NCBI RefSeq assembly: GCF_001545095.1
Contig: NZ_CP013213.1
Span: 1,500,001-1,532,000 of the forward strand
Origin: Erysipelothrix larvae
Lineage (GTDB): Bacteria; Bacillota_I; Bacilli_A; Erysipelotrichales; Erysipelotrichaceae
Direction of reading: 5' to 3'
Length of the DNA: 32,000 nt
The notes beneath the pieces were generated by a model. It was not told where the DNA came from and made no database searches. It worked only from the letters and a program-made list of their open reading frames with translations. Below, in pieces: positions 18,031-26,228 of this stretch (positions within the stretch are counted from its first letter, which is position 1; every line of letters begins with the position of its first letter). A program made the position numbers and the translations under genes.

Positions 18031-18148
18031 AACACCTAAATATCCTTACAATTTCTTAACGAATCATAAATTTTTATAGCAATTTATTGACGCATTTTGT
18101 GATAAAATTGTGCTGTGTGAGTGAGAAAGTGAGTGTGAGCAATGTTTT

Positions 18149-19519
18149 ATGAAAAATAGAGAGATAGACATGCTTAAGGGTCCGCTTTTTGGCGGAATTT
18201 TTGCATTTGCAATTCCTTTAGCTTTGTCTGGGATATTACAGCTTTTATTCAATGCTGTTGATATCATCGTTGTGGGTCGATTCAGTGGTGAAACTGCACT
18301 GGCTGCAGTTGGATCGACAAGTGCATTAATTAACCTTCTGGTTAACTTATTTATTGGAGTTTCTGTAGGAACCAATGTTGTGATGGCACAGTATGTTGGT
18401 GCAAAGGACTACAAAAACGCGAATAAAACAGTCAGTACATCCTTATTTACAGCCCTATGGGGTGGGGTAATCATGATTTTTATTGGGTTCTTTTTCTCAA
18501 GGCCCTTACTTGAAATGATGGGAACTCCCTCAAATGTCATTGACCTATCCACTACTTATATGAAGCTTTACTTCTTAGGCATGCCTGGGTTTATGATTTA
18601 TAGTTTCGGAGCTGCATTATTTCGATCTGTGGGAGATACAAAACGCCCATTATACTTCTTAAGTGTTGCGGGTGTTGTCCACGTTGTTGTGAACTTACTG
18701 TTTGTGATTGTCTTTAAATGGAGTGTTGCGGGAGTTGCAATCTCGACTGTGCTCTCACAATATATATCCGCTGCATTTATTCTTGTAAGTATCCATACTT
18801 CCGTAGACTTTATGCGCGTTGATGTCACAAAACTAACATTTCATAAAAAACAGTTTATGATGATGATTCGTATTGGCCTTCCAGCAGGGCTTCAAGGTAT
18901 TATTTTCAACATTTCAAATGTCCTCATTCAATCCTCCATTAATTCATTTGGATCGATTGTCATGGCTGGAAACACTGCCGCAAATAATATTGAAGGATTT
19001 GTATATACCGTCATGAATTCCTTTTACCAAGCATCATTGAGCTTTACCAGTCAAAATATGGGAGCGCATAAATACAACCGAATTGATAAGATCTTAATAT
19101 CATGTTTAATTCTTGTGACTTTAGCAGGCATCACCTTTGGAATGGGAGCTTATGTCTTTGGATCGTCGCTTGTCGGGTTATATTCCACAAACCCCGAAGT
19201 CATTAGCTATGGCTTACTGAGACTGGGTATCATTGGAACCACCTACTTTATTTGTGGGATTATGGAAGTCTTTGTCGGAAGTATTCGTGGATTAGGCTAT
19301 TCCATTATGCCCATGCTTGTATCCTTAGGGGGTGCGTGTTTATTTAGGGTCATCTGGATCTTCACCGTCTTCCAACAAGCACAAACACTGGAAAGCTTGT
19401 ATATCTCATATCCAATATCTTGGGTACTGACAACCCTGGCCCATATGGGATGTTACTTAGTGGTGCGCAAGAAAAAACTGGTGCCCTCTCAAGTTTTAGA
19501 AGAATCACCAGCATACTAA
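18149..19519 (+). CDS. MATE family efflux transporter
   Basis: LKGPLFGGIFAFAIPLALSGILQLLFNAVDIIVVGRFSGETALAAVG, a 12-TM architecture. An alternative start is at 18170. Confidence 0.9.
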   Translation: MKNREIDMLKGPLFGGIFAFAIPLALSGILQLLFNAVDIIVVGRFSGETALAAVGSTSALINLLVNLFIGVSVGTNVVMAQYVGAKDYKNANKTVSTSLFTALWGGVIMIFIGFFFSRPLLEMMGTPSNVIDLSTTYMKLYFLGMPGFMIYSFGAALFRSVGDTKRPLYFLSVAGVVHVVVNLLFVIVFKWSVAGVAISTVLSQYISAAFILVSIHTSVDFMRVDVTKLTFHKKQFMMMIRIGLPAGLQGIIFNISNVLIQSSINSFGSIVMAGNTAANNIEGFVYTVMNSFYQASLSFTSQNMGAHKYNRIDKILISCLILVTLAGITFGMGAYVFGSSLVGLYSTNPEVISYGLLRLGIIGTTYFICGIMEVFVGSIRGLGYSIMPMLVSLGGACLFRVIWIFTVFQQAQTLESLYISYPISWVLTTLAHMGCYLVVRKKKLVPSQVLEESPAY

Positions 19520-19531
19520 TTGAATCGATAT

Positions 19532-19560
19532 GAAGTCGTGAATACGACTTCTTTTATTTT
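19532..19560 (+). terminator. Intrinsic terminator after MATE gene
   Basis: GAAGTCGT-GAAT-ACGACTTC followed by TTTTATTTTT. The T-tract overlaps the 3' end of the convergent ORF. Confidence 0.75.
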
Positions 19561-19961
19561 TGAAACATCGTTTTCCCTTCGGATTTTGTGATCCCAGAGA
19601 AGATTGGATAATACACCAAGAGGTATGCAAAAGGCAGCGTGCACAGTGTATCAAAGGATTGATAATAGCCGTTAATTATGGCGTAGATACCCATGAAACA
19701 AAAACACAAACCATGGTCTAGACGTGTCCCTTGATCCACTTCCTTGTTGAACATCATCAGGTATCCTAACAAAGGGATCTTTTCATTGCGAACAATTTTG
19801 AGAATCAAAAGTCCGATCATGACACAATCCAGGAATAAAGATTGCGTCATGAAATAAAGATCCACCATTCCCAAGGCATAAATCATGCCTACTGTTATAA
19901 ATCCTAAGATGATTCGTTGAATCCCACTGATTCGTTTCAATTCATGATAATATGTTTCCAT
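19554..19961 (-). CDS. Hypothetical small membrane protein (about 4 TM)
   Basis: 135-aa hydrophobic ORF with RBS AAGGGGAGAAG. It is the last gene of the long minus-strand cluster. No family recognised. Confidence 0.5.
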   Translation of the reverse strand: METYYHELKRISGIQRIILGFITVGMIYALGMVDLYFMTQSLFLDCVMIGLLILKIVRNEKIPLLGYLMMFNKEVDQGTRLDHGLCFCFMGIYAIINGYYQSFDTLCTLPFAYLLVYYPIFSGITKSEGKTMFQK

Positions 19962-19978
19962 GCTTCTCCCCTTTTTAG

Positions 19979-20275
19979 TTACTGTACTGCTTCTTTTTTA
20001 TATTTTAACGTATGTGCTTCATCACGGCGATCATCAATCTTGATTACCGTATACACACGGCTCAATCCTTTATCAAATAGCGCTTCTTGGATGGTTCGAA
20101 TTGCGGAGTATATTTCATCAATGTCACCTTCAAGTGATGCTGCCATACCAGATATCTCATAGGTTAATGATGGAAACGTTTTTAAGATTCTGGGCACTTC
20201 TTTCACATACTCACTCACGCTTGTTGAATTTGTTCCGATGGGTATCAGGGTAAAATCACAGGTTACGTGGTGCAT
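19979..20275 (-). CDS. MTH1187/YkoF-like (UPF0045) thiamine-binding family protein
   Basis: 98 aa with CDFTLIPIGTNSTSVSEYV ... MAASLEGDIDEI. The start shares one base with the DJ-1 stop (TAATG). Confidence 0.8.
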   Translation of the reverse strand: MHHVTCDFTLIPIGTNSTSVSEYVKEVPRILKTFPSLTYEISGMAASLEGDIDEIYSAIRTIQEALFDKGLSRVYTVIKIDDRRDEAHTLKYKKEAVQ

Positions 20276-20856
20276 TAATAAACCGCCTTGATATAGTCAA
20301 CAAGGGACCCCATAACAACACCTTGCTCTACTTCTTTTCGTATGTCTTTTCCTATGAGTGATTCAAGGAGTTCTAAAGCAAACGGTAAGGATGTGCCCAT
20401 ACCACGTGATGTGATAATCCTGTCATCTTTGACGACGGTTTCTTCTGAATAAAGGACAGGATGTGCCATGACCTTCTCTTTGTATCCAGGATTACTGGTT
20501 GCATGTTTCCCGTCAAGAATCCCAACATCCGCTAAAATGCTTGGTGCAGCACAGATGGCACCAATGAGATGTGTTTCTTGAATCTCTTTTAAGATACGTC
20601 TTAGAGGTTCAAAGTGTAAAAGATGTTCAGTCCCTTCAACCCCTCCAGGTAACACAATGCTTTTTGCATTCCTAATAAGGGTTTCATCAAAGGTCACATC
20701 TGCTTCAATCACAATGTTACGTGCTCCCACAATCCGTTTATCATCATGGATACTCATCAAAACGACATCAACATTGCCACGTCGTAACACATTCACAACA
20801 CTCAAGGCTTCAATTTCTTCAGAGCCTTGCGCAATCATCACTACTACTTCATGCAT
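20275..20856 (-). CDS. DJ-1/PfpI family protein
   Basis: 193 aa with nucleophile elbow IGAICAAPS. RBS is AAGGAGG. Confidence 0.85.
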   Translation of the reverse strand: MHEVVVMIAQGSEEIEALSVVNVLRRGNVDVVLMSIHDDKRIVGARNIVIEADVTFDETLIRNAKSIVLPGGVEGTEHLLHFEPLRRILKEIQETHLIGAICAAPSILADVGILDGKHATSNPGYKEKVMAHPVLYSEETVVKDDRIITSRGMGTSLPFALELLESLIGKDIRKEVEQGVVMGSLVDYIKAVY

Positions 20857-20900
20857 AGATCATGCCTCCTTTGATAGTATCATACCACGATTTAGACGAT

Positions 20901-21818
20901 TTATTGTGTTTCTAAGTGTTTCATAAACCGTGTTAAGGCTGCTTGTGTATTGGGTTCACTCCCACTATGACCACTTGCTTCAGTAAAGACAAGTTCGCAC
21001 TTGTCTAAGTGTAAAGCGAGTTCATACGCGCCGCTGGGTCTACAATCCACGTCATAGCGTCCATGCGCTATATAAGTCGCAATGTCTTGGATTGTTGAAA
21101 CATTATTTAATATATAATTGTCATCATCCCAAAACATGTGATTCGCAAAATAGTGACATTCTAATAAGGCAAGACTGATATCGGAATCTTTAATTTCAAT
21201 GCTTGATAAATCATCGGGTGGAATCAAACGAACCACAGACATTTCCCAATCTGCCCATGCTTTCGCAGCACGGCGTTTTAACGACTCATCCGCTGATTTA
21301 AAAATCTCATAATAAGCACTCACTAAATCCCCCTGCTTTTCTTTGGGAATCACAGCTTTAAAGGATTCAAAATGAGTGGGAAAGAAGTAAGAACAGCCCG
21401 CTTGATACAACCACTGAATGTCTTCATCACGCCCTAAGAAGATGCCTCTGAGTACCAGTGCTTTCACACGGTGTTTATGATGAATGGCATAGGTGAGTGC
21501 TAAGGTTGTGCCATAACTTCCTCCAAAGACAACCCACGAATCCAGGTTGAAATGGTTACGAATAATTTCCATGTCTGACACTGAGTGAAAGATTGTGTTG
21601 TTGTGTAAGGATGCAAAGGGCGTTGAGCGTCCACATCCGCGTTGATCAAAGGCAATCACAAACCATTGGTCTAAATCAAAACACTCAAAACTTGCGTCAT
21701 TAATGGACCCACCTGGTCCACCATGACATACAATGACCGCGGGTTTGTTGCGTTGGCCTCTACAATAAACGGCGAGGGTATGGCCATCCCCTGTTTCTAA
21801 ATAAACTGGTTCATTCAT
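20901..21818 (-). CDS. pip: Prolyl aminopeptidase (alpha/beta hydrolase)
   Basis: CHGGPGG oxyanion motif, GGSYG nucleophile elbow and a C-terminal SGHS. RBS is AAGGAGGAG. Confidence 0.88.
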   Translation of the reverse strand: MNEPVYLETGDGHTLAVYCRGQRNKPAVIVCHGGPGGSINDASFECFDLDQWFVIAFDQRGCGRSTPFASLHNNTIFHSVSDMEIIRNHFNLDSWVVFGGSYGTTLALTYAIHHKHRVKALVLRGIFLGRDEDIQWLYQAGCSYFFPTHFESFKAVIPKEKQGDLVSAYYEIFKSADESLKRRAAKAWADWEMSVVRLIPPDDLSSIEIKDSDISLALLECHYFANHMFWDDDNYILNNVSTIQDIATYIAHGRYDVDCRPSGAYELALHLDKCELVFTEASGHSGSEPNTQAALTRFMKHLETQ

Positions 21819-21820
21819 GA

Positions 21821-23458
21821 TTAGCTCCTCCTTAATTTAAACGTCTTTTCTCCAAATAAGTAGACTGTGATACACGATAGGATAATAAACCCAACTAGAG
21901 AAAGAAACACCAATCCACTATAATTCATAATGTTTATAAAGAACGCATCTGAAGTATAAAACACACCGAATGCAAAGATACCAGTAATGGTTTTATACAG
22001 TGGACTTTTATTTTCCATATCCAGATTATAGGGTTGAATCAGATAATAAAGCATGAGATAGAGTACGGTGATAAATGCACTAAAAAGGAGTGTACCAACC
22101 ATGAGAATCATTAAGCTATAGGAATAATCAATGAGGTTTGTGGCAAGAAGCAGTAAGGGTAATGCACACAGCAATAAAGCCGGAATCAGGTTGAGTCCAA
22201 TCAAGGTTCCTAAGCGACTGAGATATTGCTTCCAGATAATCTCTTTGCGTCGATAAAATGCATAGTGTAATAAAGCACTATCACAGTTCAAGAAAAATGA
22301 TTTACAGATGGACTCTGTAAAATTCGATAATGACATAAAGATAATAAACCACCGTAAGAACGCGAGTGGATTTGAGAAACTTGTGTGTTTAACGCCCATC
22401 ATCCCTTCATAATCAAGGATATATCCTGCAGCAATAATCAGACTCACTACCGCTAAAATTATGACAATAACCTTGAGTGAAAACTTTAATGATTTCATCC
22501 AAATGCGTTGGTGTCGCTTATAAAACAGGCGATTAATCATGCGAAACCCTTGAAGCCGTTGTACGATGCTTTGATCGCCTTGGACATCGATGGTGTCGTC
22601 AATGCGGGCACTTTCAAGATTCAGCTCAACGAGCTCACGCGCTGCATTGCTGCTTAGATTCATTGACTCTCTTACAATCTGATTTGCCTTATTCAGTTTG
22701 TTGTCATCCAGTTTTATAAACTCTATATAGAAGTTATAAACACCCACACATAAAACCAGCGACCACAAAACCATAAGAAGTGTGGTATTTTGAATCAAGG
22801 CAATTGAACATACAATCACTAAAACAAGTGCTAAAAAGGTGAGTATTGCCCGTTTAATTGAACGTTTCTTCTGATGGATTCGTAAGGTTCTCAATGCAAG
22901 CCCTTCGTAGGTCAATAAATTCATAAGCGGTGCAATCAACACTAACACACCCAACAGATACGCATGTGTCGCAAACACTGGAATGCAAAATACAAGCCCC
23001 ACTACACCAAAGGAATACACATTCTCTTTGAAAGTATAGGTATAGACATCCATCGGATTTACGCGAAATTGTTTAATGAGCAGCCATTTCTCCTTTGAGT
23101 CTTCAAAGACCAGGCTTTTTCTACTGGTGAGTGAAAGATAGGTAAAAATCAAGATTGTATAGATTGACGTCCAGGAATTCACCACAATAAAGGGATGAAA
23201 GAAATAGCCAGCACTTACAAACCAGGATCCAATTAACGAAAAGATACCCAGTCCAATCACACTCAACAAGATCCTTGTAAACCACATAAATAGAACGTTA
23301 ACCACAATGAAAAAAGACTTAACATTTGGATTTGAGTAGGTATTCTGATTCACACACTTCTTAAGAATTGGAATGCGTCCCACCCAATAAATTAATTCAT
23401 TGACGCTAATATACGTTAAGAGTTTAGACATTGGATGTTTGCTTTTCATGGGGTTCAC
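21821..23458 (-). CDS. Large polytopic membrane protein, putative permease partner of the upstream ABC ATPase
   Basis: 545 aa with many TM helices in two blocks separated by a charged soluble segment (DDNKLNKANQIVRES...QRLQGF). The start is ambiguous: GTG 23458, ATG 23449 or ATG 23431. The last forms an ATGTCTAA overlap with the ATPase stop. Confidence 0.7.
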   Translation of the reverse strand: MNPMKSKHPMSKLLTYISVNELIYWVGRIPILKKCVNQNTYSNPNVKSFFIVVNVLFMWFTRILLSVIGLGIFSLIGSWFVSAGYFFHPFIVVNSWTSIYTILIFTYLSLTSRKSLVFEDSKEKWLLIKQFRVNPMDVYTYTFKENVYSFGVVGLVFCIPVFATHAYLLGVLVLIAPLMNLLTYEGLALRTLRIHQKKRSIKRAILTFLALVLVIVCSIALIQNTTLLMVLWSLVLCVGVYNFYIEFIKLDDNKLNKANQIVRESMNLSSNAARELVELNLESARIDDTIDVQGDQSIVQRLQGFRMINRLFYKRHQRIWMKSLKFSLKVIVIILAVVSLIIAAGYILDYEGMMGVKHTSFSNPLAFLRWFIIFMSLSNFTESICKSFFLNCDSALLHYAFYRRKEIIWKQYLSRLGTLIGLNLIPALLLCALPLLLLATNLIDYSYSLMILMVGTLLFSAFITVLYLMLYYLIQPYNLDMENKSPLYKTITGIFAFGVFYTSDAFFINIMNYSGLVFLSLVGFIILSCITVYLFGEKTFKLRRS

Positions 23459-24137
23459 TCAACATTTCAAGAATTTCATCTTCAAAATTAGGATCACTAA
23501 TGGCATCATGAGACAACATCTTCGTTGTACCATGGTGTAAAATCACAACCTCATCACAGATATCTTTCGCAATTTGCAAGACATGGGTTGCGAGAATCAT
23601 GATGCATGATTCTTTGATTGAAACAAGGAGCTTCTTCATTTCAACTGATGCGACCACATCAAAGGATGTCAGTGGTTCATCTAAAAAAAGAACCTTCGGT
23701 TTCAACATTAAGATGCTAATCATCTGTAACTTATTACGCATACCCAATGAATACTCTTTAATTAACTTATGACGATCATCAATATCAAACTGAATCTTGT
23801 CAAAGTATGTATTAATGTCTTTACGGTCTAAGCCTTTATCTTTATTAATATCACAAAAAAACGCAAGAAACTCATACCCTGTCAAAAACTCCGGTAAAGT
23901 TGGGGTTGCGTAAACATACCCAACATCTTGAGGTGTAAGTGTTTCATGTGGTTCTAAAGTGATCGTTCCAGAATCAAACGGTATTTCTTGACTGACACAG
24001 TTAAAAAACGTCGTCTTTCCACTGCCATTTCTTCCTAAAAGTGCATAAATCTTTCCTTGTTCAAAGCTGGCGTTTACGCCATCCAACACCACTTTAGTGC
24101 CAAATGATTTATGCAAATCATATACATTTAGTTTCAT
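23424..24137 (-). CDS. ABC transporter ATP-binding protein
   Basis: Walker A GRNGSGKTT, signature YSLGMRNK and Walker B VLFLDEP. RBS is GAAGAGGGGAAA. Confidence 0.9.
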   Translation of the reverse strand: MKLNVYDLHKSFGTKVVLDGVNASFEQGKIYALLGRNGSGKTTFFNCVSQEIPFDSGTITLEPHETLTPQDVGYVYATPTLPEFLTGYEFLAFFCDINKDKGLDRKDINTYFDKIQFDIDDRHKLIKEYSLGMRNKLQMISILMLKPKVLFLDEPLTSFDVVASVEMKKLLVSIKESCIMILATHVLQIAKDICDEVVILHHGTTKMLSHDAISDPNFEDEILEMLSEPHEKQTSNV

Positions 24138-24431
24138 TGTTTCCCCTCTTCGTCTATATAAAGTTCATTGTATCATACGTGTCATTTTTTTCACACACAC
24201 ATTAATTTCATTGGCATGAAAATTTAGTTCACTTTTTATCGTGCTCAATCAAACAGAACACACCGATGAATTCTTTTTGTATTTTTCACAATATTTCTAC
24301 TAAAAAACTTAAACCATAGTTTAAATAAGAGATAAAACCTTAAGTTGTGTGGTGATGGATTCATAAATCATGAATTTCGTGTGGAAATCTATCAAGAAGT
24401 AAAAAATAAAACATATAAGCACGTTTCTGTA

Positions 24432-24460
24432 TTGATAATCAAAGGATTTATCCTTATAAT
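24432..24460 (+). promoter_or_regulatory. Near-consensus sigma-A promoter for the ABC exporter pair
   Basis: TTGATA - 17 nt - TATAAT, followed by GGAGG at 24471 and the ATG at 24483. Confidence 0.6.
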
Positions 24461-24482
24461 TAACGAATATGGAGGATGTCTT

Positions 24483-26228
24483 ATGAAGATTTTGAGTGAT
24501 TTATCTTGGTTTTTTAAGAAAGAAAAAAAATCATACATATCCGGTATACTTGCTTTATTAGGAATTTCAATTCTAAATTTAATCCCAGCTAAAATCATGG
24601 GAAATATTATTGATTCAATTAAAGACAAGACACTTACACCTCAGACGCTTGTGATGGGTGTTGGTGGCTTTTTATTGTGTGCAGTTATGATGTATATACT
24701 TCGGTATCTGTGGCGTATTTTTATTTTTGGTACTGCATTTCGTCTTGAGAATGAATTAAGAAACGACTTATTCAAACACTTCACTAAAATGTCCCCAGCC
24801 TTTTACCAACAACACCGTACCGGTGATTTAATGGCCCATGCCACCAATGATTTAAAGTCTGTTCAAGCGGTTGCAGGTCAAGGCGTGCTTCAATTAGCGG
24901 ATTCAGTCTTATCCGGAGTAACGGTATTATTAGCCATGATTTTCTTAATCAATTGGAAATTAACCTTGGTTGCAATTCTACCCATGCCCTTGTTGATTCT
25001 GTGCTCGCAAGCACTCAGCAAACGACTCCATAAAACCTTCAATGTTGCGCAAGAAGCATTTTCTGATATGAACAATCGCGTCTTAGAAAACATTAACGGT
25101 ATGAAAGTTACGAAGACCTTTGGCCAAGAAGAGTATGAAGTTGAGAACTTTAAAGGGATTGTTAAAGATGTATATGAAAAAAACCTTCGCGTCACACGCT
25201 ATGATGCGATGTTTGACCCCATGATTATCATGATTATCACCTTATGTCTGGTCTTATCCTTTATCATGGGGATTTACTTAATTAATATCGGTGATATTAC
25301 AACCGGAAACTTTGTGACCTTTGTGAATTATATTCATCAACTGACATGGCCTATGATGGCACTTGGGTTTATGTTTAACACCATGAACCGCGGGTTGGTG
25401 TCTTATGAGCGTATCACAAAACTTTTAGATATTCCTGAGGATATCATCAATCATCCAGATGCGCTGAACCAAGCACCACAGGGTGACATTCATTTTGAAG
25501 TCAATCACTTCAAATACCCAGATCAAGAAGATTCCGCAAACCTCAAACACGTATCCTTTACCCTTAATAAAGGCGAAACATTGGGCATTGTTGGGAAGAC
25601 AGGCAGTGGTAAATCCAGTATTATCAAACTCTTATTACGTGAATATGATGAATTTGATGGCACCATTGAGTTTGGTGGCATCAAAATCAGTCAATACGAT
25701 GTAACACAATATCGTAATGCCTTTGGTTATGTTCCTCAAGATCCTTTCTTATTCTCAATGTCAATTGCGGATAACATTCGATTTGGAAAACCAGATGCTA
25801 ATCTTGATGCGGTCCGAATGGCAGCACAGATTGCGGATGTTGATAAAGATATCATTGGCTTTGAAAAAGGCTATGACACCTTAATTGGTGAACGTGGTGT
25901 TTCTTTATCCGGGGGTCAAAAACAACGCATTGCGATGGCACGTGCCATCTTAATGGATTCAGAGTGTTTAATCTTGGATGATGCCCTATCTGCAGTTGAT
26001 GCGAAAACTGAAGAACGGATTCTTAAAAACTTAAAACAACTGCGCAAACATAAAACAACCGTAATTATCGCGCATCGTTTCAGTGCCCTTCAGCATGCAC
26101 AAAATATTATTGTTCTTGAAGATGGCCAAGTCATTGAACATGGCAATCACAAAGAACTCATGTTACGACATGGGTGGTATGCTGAGATATTCAACCTCCA
26201 AGAGTTTAGCAAGGAGAATGCATCATGA
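24483..26228 (+). CDS. ABC exporter half-transporter (TMD-NBD), subunit with a degenerate Walker B
   Basis: The ATG at 24483 lies 7 nt after GGAGG; the track start at 24345 would span the promoter. Six TM helices, Walker A GKTGSGKSS, signature LSGGQKQR and Walker B LILDDALSAVD (Asp in place of the catalytic Glu). Confidence 0.9.
   Translation: MKILSDLSWFFKKEKKSYISGILALLGISILNLIPAKIMGNIIDSIKDKTLTPQTLVMGVGGFLLCAVMMYILRYLWRIFIFGTAFRLENELRNDLFKHFTKMSPAFYQQHRTGDLMAHATNDLKSVQAVAGQGVLQLADSVLSGVTVLLAMIFLINWKLTLVAILPMPLLILCSQALSKRLHKTFNVAQEAFSDMNNRVLENINGMKVTKTFGQEEYEVENFKGIVKDVYEKNLRVTRYDAMFDPMIIMIITLCLVLSFIMGIYLINIGDITTGNFVTFVNYIHQLTWPMMALGFMFNTMNRGLVSYERITKLLDIPEDIINHPDALNQAPQGDIHFEVNHFKYPDQEDSANLKHVSFTLNKGETLGIVGKTGSGKSSIIKLLLREYDEFDGTIEFGGIKISQYDVTQYRNAFGYVPQDPFLFSMSIADNIRFGKPDANLDAVRMAAQIADVDKDIIGFEKGYDTLIGERGVSLSGGQKQRIAMARAILMDSECLILDDALSAVDAKTEERILKNLKQLRKHKTTVIIAHRFSALQHAQNIIVLEDGQVIEHGNHKELMLRHGWYAEIFNLQEFSKENAS

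Noticed and set aside
18115-18140. GAG repeats as a TRAP-like RNA-binding-protein site
   Set aside because: There are only four GAG triplets with irregular spacing (1, 5 and 3 nt). TRAP sites need about 9-11 regularly spaced repeats.
18064-18375. 103-aa minus-strand ORF
   Set aside because: It is antisense to the MATE N-terminus and leader. Its HSLSHSHS run merely mirrors the GTGAG repeats.
1477-23431. Recurrent 8-nt ATGnnTAA gene overlaps (atpB/atpE at 2738..2745, atpH/atpA at 1477..1484, ABC ATPase/partner at 23424..23431)
   Set aside because: This is ordinary translational coupling in compact operons and not a distinct signal.
24345-24482. N-terminal extension of the first ABC exporter ORF (track start at 24345)
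   Set aside because: The extension would span the TTGATA-17-TATAAT promoter. GGAGG followed by the ATG at 24483 gives the typical MKILSDLSWFF... N-terminus.
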